Shown here piece by piece: positions 28,382 to 39,856 of a stretch of DNA of 64,000 nt. A program made the position numbers and the translations under genes. The notes beneath the pieces are model-generated. The model was not told the origin of the DNA. It did no database searches and saw nothing but the letters and a program-made list of their open reading frames with translations. How positions within the stretch are numbered: the first letter of the stretch is position 1; every line of letters begins with the position of its first letter. The DNA is taken from positions 48,732,001 to 48,796,000 of the forward strand of contig OZ024744.1 in assembly GCA_964016885.1 (NCBI GenBank). Direction: 5' to 3'. Origin of the DNA: Eledone cirrhosa. Lineage: Eukaryota.

Positions 28382-29032
28382 AAATAAATTAAATTAAATT
28401 AAATTAAGGGAGTCATGTCCGAGACATACGCCATATCCACCGTAGAATAAGCTCAAAGATTCCAATGAATAGATCCGAGCATTTTATATCAACAAGAAAT
28501 TGATTAACACATATATATATATTTAAAATAAACACATGAAACAATCACAGGGGATAATTTGTAAAGTGTGTAACCACACACACCTAAGTAGGTAACTAAT
28601 TAAAGTTTAACTAGAGTTCAAATATTACATTTAAAAAAATGATTAATCCTCCTTGTATATATTTCATTAAAGAAATATATTTCACCAATAATCCGTAAAG
28701 TCACAGTAGTTAAATCTTGGATCTTCAGCAAGAGGGAAGAAATAACTATCTGTGTTTACACATCAAATGCAAATCTGTGAGTGACCCGTCGCACGTGTTG
28801 CAATTCTAAAACTATTAACAACTTGCTAGCGTCCTCCCATTGGCGTGAATAGGGTGGTCGACAGCTATAAATAGCAGCCCAGTCCATTCAACCGAATTAG
28901 CTCTACAATTAAAGAGCCGTTTATATATCCGAAATAAATTTAATTTAATTAAATTAAGGGAGTCATGTCCGAGACATGCGCCATACCCACCGTTGAATAA
29001 GCTCAAAGATTCCAATGAATAGATCCGAGCAT
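28379..29032 (-). mobile_element. Retrozyme-like non-coding element: 550-bp unit plus ~104-bp terminal redundancy
   Basis: 28379-28482 repeated at 28929-29032 (5 mismatches); HHR on minus strand; (TA)n both sides; related partial copy at 44396-44760. Confidence 0.8.
28648..28735 (-). ncRNA. Type I hammerhead ribozyme (U.U at base of stem II)
   Basis: Minus strand: cctcttg-CTGAAGA-t-ccaa..ttgg-t-GAA-atatatttc[tttaat]gaaatatat-A-caaggagg; 9-bp stem III. Confidence 0.8.
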
Positions 29033-29364
29033 ATATATATATAGTGCAAATTTATACGGGAACAAAACAGAGAGGCAGATATATATGTGTGTGCGTGCGT
29101 GTGTGTGTGTGTGTGCGTGTGTATAAACCCATAGAGCAAATATTTATTAAATAATATATATAAATATATATATTATAAAGCTCGGGGACCTGATGGCTGA
29201 GCGCTTGGCATTTCAACAGCTAGTTCTAGGCTGAGTCTGTTGAAACAGCAAGAGCTCAACCCTATAGCCACACTCTACTACTCTAAGTATAGAGTATTCT
29301 GTTGAGTAATGGTCTAACTAGTTTCAAACTGGTTCCATCTTGATTTATATGTATATATATATAA

Positions 29365-31570
29365 CATCATCATCATCATTTTTCGTCTGCTTTTCCTTGC
29401 TTGCAAGGGTGGGACAGGTCCTATTCAGAACAGCATCTATTCACTTGTCCCGGTCCTTCGTCATCTCCTCGGTGAGTTTCGGCGATTTGAGGTCAGCTCT
29501 CACCACCTCCGCCCATGTTTTTCGTGGTCTTCCTCTACTGCGTCTTCCTTCTACTGAGATTTCTTGGCACTTCTTAACCTGGCAGTCATCCCCCATGCAC
29601 ACCACATGTCCATACCATCTCAGCCTTCTCTCCTGCACACCACAACTTATCCCTTTTATACCCACTTTCTTTCTCAACTCGTCTATGCTTGGTCGTTCAC
29701 GTACATTGACATTGCACATATAACGGAGCATGCTTGCCTCATTTCTCTCCAGCCGTCGCATATCCTCTGCAGTTGCTGCCCATGTCTCACTACCATGCAG
29801 CATCGCACATCTCACACAGGCATCATATAACTGTCCTTTCGTACGCAGGGAGAAACCCTTCTTTGTCAACAGAGGAAGCAGCTCCCTAAACTTCTTCCAA
29901 CCCGTCCTTATTCTAGATACTATGGCCTCGGAAACCCCCCCCCCCTCCCTCCCATGCTAATCTAATCACCTAGGTACCGGAAGCTATCAACCACTTCTAT
30001 AGAACCCACCTGCATTGGAAAAATGTGTCTATCACTGCGATTACGACTGCAACTTTCCCTGTACATCTACTGCATACGTAGTTTTCCCTACTTGTTAGTT
30101 TGCCTGCTATCCCACTACATCTCTTGTGTACCCAAGATCTGCATTGCGTACATTTTATGGAATTTATGCCAGTTCCTTTCCTACATATCGAACATGACCA
30201 TTTCTCTGATGGAATCAGAGTATTGTCCTCTCTTCTACTTATCAACATTTTGCCTTAGCTATGTTCACTCTCGGGCCTCTTGATTCCAACTGCTGTTTCC
30301 ATAGCCAGAATTTATTCTCTAGCTCCTCTACTGATTCTGCTATAAGAACCAGATGTCAGCATAGAGAAGTTCCCATGGACAGCCAGTCTTAAACTCCTCT
30401 GTTATGGCTTGGAGGACTATATCTCCAACACTTATCTCCAACAACATCCTGATTTGCACTGACACACTGCCTTGCAATGCGGAACACCGCACGTCTCTGA
30501 TCTTCCTGTCGCAGTTCATTGGCAAACCTCCTACTCTCAGCCTCCCTGCGTGCTAAGTACACCTGAAGTCTAGCTTCTCTCTTAGCGGCTGTGTATCCTT
30601 CTCTACTCCCACTATAATGAACAAGAGCGGGCTGAGGCCGGAACCCTGATGTACACCTACTTGTATCTGGAATTCCTCACTAAACTCCATTCCTATTCTC
30701 ACTTTACTGACAGCACCTCTCTACACCTAGTTTCCTTAGGGACCACCAGATGACAGATCGGGGTATTCTATCAAAGGCCTTCTCTAGGTCATCAAAAGCT
30801 AAGTATAGTGGCTTATTCTTCTCTAAGAACTTCTCTTGTAGTTGCTTCACTAAGAAGAGGGAATCTGTTGTTCTTTTCCGTGGCACAAAACCAAACTGCA
30901 TCTCATCTAGTTTGACCCTTTCTCTAATCAATTGCACTAATATTCTCTCTGCCACTTTCATAACCTGATCCATCAGCTTTATGCCCCTATAATTGTTCCT
31001 CTCTAGAGCATCCCCTTTAGCTTTCTAGCAATTTATGAGAATACTGCTGCACCAGTCTTTGGATATGACACCACCATATATAGCTTGATTGATGTGTGCA
31101 ACCAGTTTAGTGCCTACTTCTGATGCCTTCAGCATCTCAGCAACTACCCCCGACGGTCCAGCAGCCTTACCATTCTTCATTTCCTTAATTGCCTCTTGTA
31201 CCCTATATTCGTCAATCTCAATAGCTGGTCCCTCTCTCAGATCTACTGGGGGCAATTTCTCTCTCTCCCATTCGTCCTCCACATTCATCAGTCTCTCATA
31301 ATGACATTTCCAGGCCTCCTTTTTCTGATCATTCCTGACACTAAGTACACCAGCATCATTCCGGACACACTTATCTCCAACAACATCCTGATTTGCACTG
31401 ACACACTGCCTTGCAATGCGGAACACCGCACGTCTCTGATCTTCCTGTCGCAGTGCATTGGCAAACCTCCTACTCTCAGCCTCCCTGCGTGCTAAGTACA
31501 CCTGAAGTCTAGCTTCTCTCTTAGCGGCTGTGTATCCTTCTCTACTCCCACCATGTTTCCAAGCCCTCCA
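29365..31570 (-). mobile_element. 5'-truncated RTE LINE (PHD-finger family)
   Basis: QFGFVP, DLEKAFDR, ELLYAD, WSCSIC..WVHKRCSG, LHGSETW, LRWYGHV, RGRPRKTW. Confidence 0.92.
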
Positions 31571-31659
31571 TTGGTAATTGGCTAGTGCTTAGTACTACCC
31601 TCCATATATATAATTATATATAAACCATATATAAGTATAAATATTATTACTATATTCCG

Positions 31660-33020
31660 GCAAGCGGAAAGGCTGTGTCGGCTTATGCGGACGATACCAC
31701 CGTGATGGTGTCGGACACCTCAGAAATCGAAGTGGTAGGCAACTTATTGGAGGAATATGAAAGGTTGACAGGAGCAAAACTTAACCCGGAAAAGTCGGTG
31801 GATTTGCAACTCGGCACCTGGAGAGGCAAGTCCATGCCGTCCAACATCGTCGTTGGGCGCTGGACGGACGGACCGGTAAAGTTGCTCGGGGTTTGATTCG
31901 GGCCAGACCTCCAGGTGGATAACAATTGAGATGAGGTGACGGGCAGGGTAGCTAGTCTCACCCAGAAATGGGCTGCGAGGAAGCTATCACTGAACGGTCA
32001 GGCGGAGGTGGCGAACGCGTACATCGCGTCCGTCATCTACTACCGTCTGACCGTCGTCCCTTGTCCCCGTTCGCGCCTCGCCATATTCAAATTATTGTGG
32101 AGGGATCAGGTTCCGTTGGTGAGGCGGTCCATCTGCTGCCAACACCCTCTACGTGGAGGGCTGGGCATGCCGTGGCTAATGATGCGCAGATATGCGCTGA
32201 GGCAGCAGCATCTCCAGATATTCTGCCTAAACGGTGAACAGGTGAGGTCACCGTTTGTCATACGGGCCTTTCCGCAGCTCGTCTCTTTGACTGAGCTGCA
32301 GTCCTGGGCCAAGAAGGGACGGAGACTGGGTGACTGGCATCTGGAATGTTGCCAGGCACTCTCTGCACTCTACCAGGCGGGCAATGCGGTCAGTGGAACT
32401 TCCACTCTCGAGTTCTATAGAGGATTAGTGGTGGGCAAGTGCAACGACGTACTCGGAGAGGCTCTGGGCTGTCGGCTGAGTCTATAGTGAAGATCGATCC
32501 GCCGCCTTCTTTTGGCCAGGAGGGCAGGCAATTTTCCTATCTGGTGGCAGTAGCGAAAGAGGTTGTATGGTGGACGAGGTTGAAAGGACTGAAGACAGAC
32601 ACTTTTCTCTTCGGCCAATCCCTCATCAACTTTTACAAGTTTCACTTGGAAAGGAAGGTGAGGGTGGAGAGAGAAGTGCTGCCTCCCAGTACATTTGCTG
32701 AAAGGTGGGTGAATGTGGCGAGAATGGCCCATGTGAGTGGGCCTACTTTGATCATGCGCCTGTAGGTGGGTAAATTTGAGGAGGAGAGGGGTGCCCTTCC
32801 CGGGTGCTCTCGAAGCGTCGGGTCGTTCAGGATTGGTGGGGTACCTGAGCGAACCCTAGGTAGTCATCCTCCCTATTGGGGAATTTTTCTTGTTGCATTT
32901 TTCTTGTTACTTTGTTATTGTGATTCATATTGTTTACTCGATTTTTCTGTAAAACCCCACTGTCCCAGTCTTTTGTATTGTCCCCTATATGTCGGCCCTT
33001 GTGGCCAATAAATGAAATCA
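31660..33020 (+). mobile_element. 5'-truncated Tx1-like L1 element
   Basis: SAYADDTTV, NPEKS, GGLGMP; homologous to 33919-39231; ends AATAAATGAAATC plus (ATT)n. Confidence 0.9.
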
Positions 33021-33027
33021 TTATTAT

Positions 33028-33227
33028 TGGATTGGCAGTATCGGTAGAGGGTCGGACGCCATGCTTTGACGCATAGAGTTACGGCCCTTGCCATTCTGAG
33101 TTCAAATCCCGCCGAGGTTAACTTTGCCTTTCATCCTTATGGGGTCGATAAAATAAAGTACCAGTAATACACTGGGCAATTGCTGGCCTTGTGCCAAAAA
33201 GTAGAAACAATTATTATTACTATATAT

Positions 33228-33323
<96 letters not shown>

Positions 33324-33400
33324 AATAATTGTTTCTACCTTTGGCACAAGGCCAGCAATTACCCAGTGCATTACTGGTACTTTATTTTATCGACCCCGCA
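33028..33400. mobile_element. Nin/Deu-like SINEs: full copy 33028-33218 (+) and partial 33328-33400 (-)
   Basis: Match to family at 16838. Confidence 0.85.
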
Positions 33401-33409
33401 AGGATGTCG

Positions 33410-33455
<46 letters not shown>

Positions 33456-33462
33456 TGATGAT

Positions 33463-33695
33463 GATTTCTTTATTGGCCACAAGGGCTGACATCAAGAAAA
33501 ACATTACAGACGGCACAGGTCGGAACAGGGCGGTACAGGACGGTACGGTGTGGGTTTTGTGCGTGTAAAGATTTGTATTATTTATATAAGAAACGAAAAA
33601 AAAGACATAGAAACATATATATATATATATAAAACAATAAAAATGAAAATTGAAACAATGAAAAATTCACCAATAGGGGTGAAATCTCCGAAGGT
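33463..33695 (-). mobile_element. Tx1-like 3'UTR fragment
   Basis: gatttctttattggccacaaggg..cccaataggggg matches the 3' ends of neighbouring Tx1 copies; flanked by (AAT)n. Confidence 0.7.
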
Positions 33696-33707
33696 ATAAT
33701 AATAATA

Positions 33708-33900
33708 TCTCAAAGAGTTTCCAAGGATGGTTAAAGAAAATTAGTCCAGCCCCGCTTTTTGGAACGCTTCAAAAGGCATGCTTGCTGGGAACAACAAGTA
33801 CCCTCCGATACGTCCTGAATATCTGAGGATGCAGGTAGCAGCTTGATATTCATTACAACAAACTTTCCAGTTAAATAACTTCAATAACTGAGACTCAAAG
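33708..33900 (+). mobile_element. 3' end of Dong/R4-like retrotransposon
   Basis: Encodes ..LQKACLLGTTSTLRYVLNI*, then short UTR and (AAT)n. Confidence 0.65.
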
Positions 33901-34149
33901 AATAATAATAATAATAATGATTTCTTTATTAACCACAAGGGTTTACATAAAGTAGACATTAAGGACAGTACAGGACAGTACGGTACAAATGGGCATTTCT
34001 GCGTGTAAAAGAAAACAGGATGTAATAAAATATAACAATGAAAAATTCCCCAATAGGGGGGAGACTTCCGAGGGACATTTGTGGAGAAAGTCCATTAAAA
34101 AGGCCACAGTGACCCTGACCACCAGGGCAAGTGCCCTCTCCCAGTTTTC

Positions 34150-37100
34150 CACCTTTAATGTACAGACACATACTCAGAGTAGGCCCATTCACTCGGGCCA
34201 TACTTGCTTCTCACACCCATCTTTCAGCAAAATGCTGGGAAGAGAGCACTTTCCTCTCTACCCTGATTTTCCTTTTCAAATGAAATTTGAAAAAGTTAAT
34301 CAGGGCATCACCGAAGAGGTAAGTGCTCGTCTTCAGCCCTTTCAAACGTGTCCACCATACTATCTCTTTCGCCATGGCCACCAGACAGATAAAAACTGCC
34401 TGCCCTTCCCGGCTAAAGGAAGAGGGCGGGGCAATTCTCACGATGGACTCAGCTGATAGCTGGATCCGTCCTACACGTGACAGCAGGTGTTCGACATAAA
34501 CACACAAGTCAACAATGCTCGGACACTGGACGAGTGCATGCAGGACGGTTTCGTCGCCCTGCGCGCATCTCGGACATGCCCGGCTGACGGCACCCCCTTG
34601 CCTGTAGAGTTTATCCGGAACTGGCAGAGCTCCTCGGTAGCACTGCCAGGTCAGGGATTTCTGGAAGTTGTCCATAGGCCCCGGCCCGAAAGTCCTTCCG
34701 AAGAGATTGGCTAGTTGATTTTCGTCGACGCCTAGAGTTTCTCCAAGTACGTCGGCGCTCTTCCCCCCCCCCCCCCCCCCCCACTAATCCTCTATAGAAC
34801 GCCAAAGTGGAGTTTCCACCGATCACATTGCCCGATTGGTCGAGGGCTGTGAGCGGCTGAAGACATTCCAGTCTCCAAGCGCTCCCTCTCGGTTTTCGCT
34901 TGACCCAGGACTGCAGCTCCATCAAGGAGACGAGCTGGGGAAATACGTGTCTAGCAAACGGCGACCACACCTGATCACCGTCGAGGAAGATGTGGAGATG
35001 TCGTAGCCTGAGCGCGTGTCTGCGCATCATCAGCCACGGCATGCCCAGCCCTCCACGTAGCGTGTATTGACAGCAGATGGACCGCCTGACCATCGGAGCG
35101 CGTCCCTTCCACAAAAAGCGAAAGAGCAAACGCTCCAACGTAGTCAGGCGGGGCTTACGACAGGCGGTAGTAGATGACGGACGCGATGTACGCGTTAGCC
35201 ACCTCCGCTCGACCTTTTAGGGATAGCCTCCTCTCCGCCCATTTCTGGGTGAGAGAAGCCACCCTGCTCGTCACCTCGTCCCAGTTTTTCTCCGTCTGGA
35301 GGTCCGGACCGGACCAGACCCCTGGCAATTTAACCGGTCCGTCCATCCAGCGCCCGACGACGCTGTTGGACGGCATGGACCTGCCTCTCCAGGTTCCGAG
35401 CTGCAGGCCCACTGACTTTTCCTGGTTGATAATTGCTCCTGTCACCGCTTCGTATTCTCTGCCGATCGCCTCGATGTGTTTGCCGTTCGACAACACTACG
35501 GTGACATCGTCCGCATATGCTGACACGGATCTTCCGCATCCTAGTTCGCGCGGGACCCCCCTCAACGTCTCCAGTTTGTGCAGTAATGGCTCGAGAGTCA
35601 ATACGTACAAGAGGGACGAGAGGGGACATCCTTGGCGGACCGAGCGCATGATGTTGAACGGTTCCGAAAGGTGACCGTTCACTCTCACCACAGAGCAGAT
35701 ATCGCTGTGCATGGCAGCGATCCAGCTTCTGAAGACGGGCCCAAAGCCAGCCGCCCTCAGGACTGCCGCTAGGTAACGATGGTCGACCTTATCGAAAGCT
35801 TTCGACTGATCTAAATTGATCAAGGACCCGCCCGTGCCAGGTTCCCTAGCTACCCTCTCTACGATGTATCGCATGAGGTGGAGGTTGTCGTGGATGGATC
35901 TGTCGGGAATGGCGCATGTCTGTGCCTCTCCCACCAGACCACCGACGACAAGCGCCACCCTCTTTGCTAGCACCTTGGCCAAAATCTTGAACTCTGTGTT
36001 TAGCAAAGTTATGGGCCTGAAATTATCTATGTTATCCCCCTTGTTCGGATCCTTTCTCAGCAGCACCACTGCTCTTCGGCTCACAGAGCTGTGAATTCTC
36101 CCGTTCTGTTGCCAGTTGCAGTAGACGTCCGCCAAGAGGCCTCCGAACAAGTCTGGCATCTGTACGTAAAGTTCATAGGGCAGACCATCCAAACCAGGCG
36201 ATTTACCCCTTGTGCAGCCAGTCATTTCCTCCCGTACTTCAGCGGCTGTTATCGGCTTTTCGCAACACTCCGCCTCAGTGGCCGAGAGCCGCGGCAGTCC
36301 GTCGAGGTAGACACTAAAGTCCATCCCTCGATCCGGCCCGCCGCTGCCCTCGTACAGCTGAGCGAAGTGTCGCTGAAAAGCTTCACACATTTTCCCGGGA
36401 TCTAGTAGCATGCGCCCGTCGTGGTCCACCAAAGACCGGATCGTGGCTTTGTTGCCACGACGCGCCTCCGCCACTCGGGCCCATTGAACGGCTTTCGTTC
36501 CCTCATATCTGAGAGCACGCACCCTACCTCTGACAACGCAGCCTTCGTGCTTTGCATTGAATAATTGGTCAAGGGCCAATTTCGCCGCAAGTACGTCGGT
36601 CGCGATGCCTTTGCTAAGCGCCTCGTCTAATTTTCTAACTAGTTCCCCCTCTGCTCTATTTTTCTCTATAGCTAAAGCCTTACTAAACCTAATGGACTCT
36701 ATTCTAATCCCTCTTTTCAGAGCAAACCACCACTTGTTGTTGACGATGCCCCCCCCCCCCCCCCGTCGTCAACACCCACTTAACTAGTTCGCTAATCCGG
36801 TCTCTGTAGGCCTTCGCGCTGGTGGTAAGGACGCGTTTAGCTTCCAGTAGCCGGGTCCTCGTCTATGAAGCTTATCTAAGTCAAGCATACAGATCACGAA
36901 TTTGTGGTCCGTGTAGCTGACTATCTTGAATTGTGGACAGCCTATGCTAGACCTATCTATTTCCCTACAAAATACTCTATCTAGATATGATCTGGATGAC
37001 CCGATACGGTTTGTCCAAGTCCACATTGGCACATTCGGGAAATCCAATCGGTACCTGTCAGATAGTTCAAAACGCCTGAGCAAGTTGGTGAGGCTCTTGC

Positions 37101-37520
37101 ACCCTCCTCCCCTATCCGCTAATCCCACACAGTCCCAGCGTGCATCTAAGATCCCGTTCCAGTCGCCCACTAGCACTAAAGAGCGGGACGTTCCAAGAAA
37201 GGTCTCCAGACGCCGGAAGAAATCAGGCCGCCCTGCTTTTGTCGGGGCATAGACGGCCACTAGCTTGAAGCTTGCCCGTCTCCGCAGGTCACGTCCAGCA
37301 CCACCAACTTACCTTCTGGGTCCAGGAAGATGGCCCGTATGGCGAGATCCAAACCTCTCCGAAAAAGCACAGCAACTCCTATCCCCGATCCAGGACGGCT
37401 GGGAGATGCGTACACATCGTAGCCGCCGAAGATCGGTGCGAAGGCCCGTGCTTCGGAGATTCTGGTCTCGATGATGGCCACTACATCTATGTTTAGTGAC
37501 CTGAGGTCGTTGAGCAGGTG
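34150..37520 (-). pseudogene. Tx1 ORF2 (APE endonuclease, RT, C-terminal CCHC), frameshifted
   Basis: VYAP, GDWN, YLDR, TDHK, GYWKLN; KSPGLDG, NFRPITLLN, LDQSKAFDKV, VRQGCPLS, AYADD; CPRC..ETVLHALVQC. Confidence 0.92.
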
Positions 37521-37541
37521 TTGGTGATGGTGTTGTTGGGG

Positions 37542-39017
37542 TTAATGATGGTGATGGGGTTGGTGATGCCGGTGTGGATGGTGGCATAGCTGTCCTAACT
37601 TTTTTGTTTGATAGTTTATTTGTTTCCTCCTGTTTTTTTTTGCGGGGGGAGGGGTCTTTTTGGCTTCTTTTTCTTTTTTTCTTTTTTCCAGTACCGTTTC
37701 CCACTTCTCGTCGTCACAATCTGTCTCCAGTTGCGATAGGTCGGGGAGTGGAAAGTCCTCCACATGCGTTGGTTTTGGTTGTGGCGTGGTGGATGGTGTA
37801 GGCGCTGGTGCTAGTTCTGGCGCGTTGGGTGGTGGTGGTGTTGGTTTTGCTACTGTTACTGGGGTTGTTGCTGCTAAAGTTGTTGCTGACATTTCTGCTG
37901 CTGGTAGTGTTGATGGTTGAGTCACTGGTGTGGGTAAGAGAGGTGGCCTCAACTTTTTAGCCTGAGGGCAGAAAGCCCTTAGGTGGGTTCCTTCACCGCA
38001 ACCGACACACCTAGGCCTTCTACCCTCGACGATTACGGTGAGGTGGCTGCCGTCAGTGAGGTCTATTACCTCTGGGATCTCCTCAATGCTTTTTTAGTCC
38101 GCTTGGATCAGGAGCTCCATCCCAGATCCGGACCAGTTCTCCTGCTTTTCTTTTGCTATTTCTATTATTTTGATGTTGGCCTCGATGCTGGCGAGGACGG
38201 CAGCCATTAGCAAGGGAATTTCGATGGCCGGTGGAACGTGGGTCACCCTGATCTTTACGAGTCTCTGGGCACAATAGCTTGGGACGAGTGTGAAGTCGTC
38301 GCTTCTTAATGGGGCCATGGAGTGCTCTCTGGCCTCCTGTGGTGTTCCAAAGAACACGTCCACGGTTCCATATTTCTGCCCACGTCTGATGTGGGGTTTT
38401 TTGCCCACACATGTCCCAAAGCTTTTTGGATTTGGGACTCGGATGCCCGTTCCACTCGGCGCGATTTGATGTTAATCGTCCGATAAGACACGGTGCATAC
38501 GCCGATGCTCCATTTTATTAGGTGGTGGGGGGCTGACCCTGTACCCATCTTTCTTTACCATTCTCTTGGCTTCATCTAATTCCTCCTGAGTTACCTGGAC
38601 TGTTTCGCATTTTTTGGATGCTTTGGCAAACGACACGGTGTTGTTATTCTCATTGTTGTTGTTATTGTTATTTTTGTTATTGTTATTTTTAGTTTCAGTT
38701 GTGGTGGTGGTGGCGTCAGTGGTGTTCGGTGTGGAAGAGTCGATTCTGGGTGAATCCATTTCGATGTCACGAGATAATTTTTTTTTTGTTTTGTTTCTGT
38801 TGTCGGTGTGGTGGTGGTGGGGTAGCGGCTTCAACACCTGCAGTCCAGTCATTGGTAATGGCGGGAAATGAATGTCTGCATGAGACAAATTTAAATTATT
38901 GCTACTGCTTATATTTTTAGTGTTGGCAAACGTAGTAATATTCACAATGGTGGTGTTGGTGTGAGGTGTTAGTTTGTGAGGAAGGCTGTCAGCCTGGTGT
39001 AGCTGTGAGTCGTCCAT
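37542..39017 (-). pseudogene. Tx1 ORF1 (gag-like), frameshifted
   Basis: GRRPRCVGCGEGTHLRAFC zinc knuckle at ~37965-38025; basic and Pro/Thr-rich C-terminus. Confidence 0.8.
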
Positions 39018-39231
39018 GTTTTTTTCAAACTAATTTTTTGTTTGATAATTATAAAAGTTTAAATTTTGGGCTCAAGGCCCCAATCTTTTTGAGTGCCCTT
39101 TTCCGAAAGCAAATTGTGTGACCTTATAAACACTTAACAACAAAAATTTTCCATAAATGGCAATTTGAAACAACTGAAAACAACAAACCTTTGCGGAGCT
39201 CACGATGATACGATTTCCTACGTAGGTCGCC

Positions 39232-39288
<57 letters not shown>

Positions 39289-39384
39289 GCCAGCAATTAT
39301 CCCAGTGAATTACTGGGGCGTGGGGGGGGGCTCATTGCTGGCCTTGTACCAAAAGAAATTATAATAATATTAATAATAATAATA

Positions 39385-39492
39385 ATAATTGTTTCTACTT
39401 TTTGGCCCAAGGCCAGCATTACTGGTACTTTATTTTATCGACCCCGTAAGGATGAAAGGAAAAGTTAACCTCGGCGGGATTTGAACTCAGAA
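39385..39492 (-). mobile_element. Partial Nin/Deu-like SINE
   Basis: Match to family at 16838. Confidence 0.75.
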
Positions 39493-39666
39493 TAATAATA
39501 CATGTGAAGACTAAAATCTGAAGAGGGCTCGATAAGGATGATATATATATAAAATATATAAAACCGTAGAGCAAATATTTATTAAAATAACAGATATAAT
39601 CTGTTATTTTAATAAATATATATATATATATCATCCTCAGCATCATTATCATCATCATCATTTTAC

Positions 39667-39722
<56 letters not shown>

Positions 39723-39856
39723 TCGTTTCTGAATTTGTTTAGCAAGATTCTCTATCTGAAATCGTGTGTCGAAACCGATATTGTTATACTTTGGGAGGGT
39801 CATGTTGCCAATAAGAAACACACGCACCAGTTGCTTTCACTTCAATTTATTATATA

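Larger units (their letters stand above)
33919..39231 (-). mobile_element. Near full-length Tx1-like L1-clade LINE inserted in (AAT)n
   Basis: ORF1 with CCHC knuckle plus ORF2 APE-RT-zinc finger; (AAT)n on both flanks; AATAAA at 3' end. Confidence 0.93.

Noticed and set aside
39500-39620. CTGAAGA-gggctc..gagc (also at ~24624)
   Set aside because: No GAAA or stem I closure; this is the antisense of the tail of the CAGAAGA family
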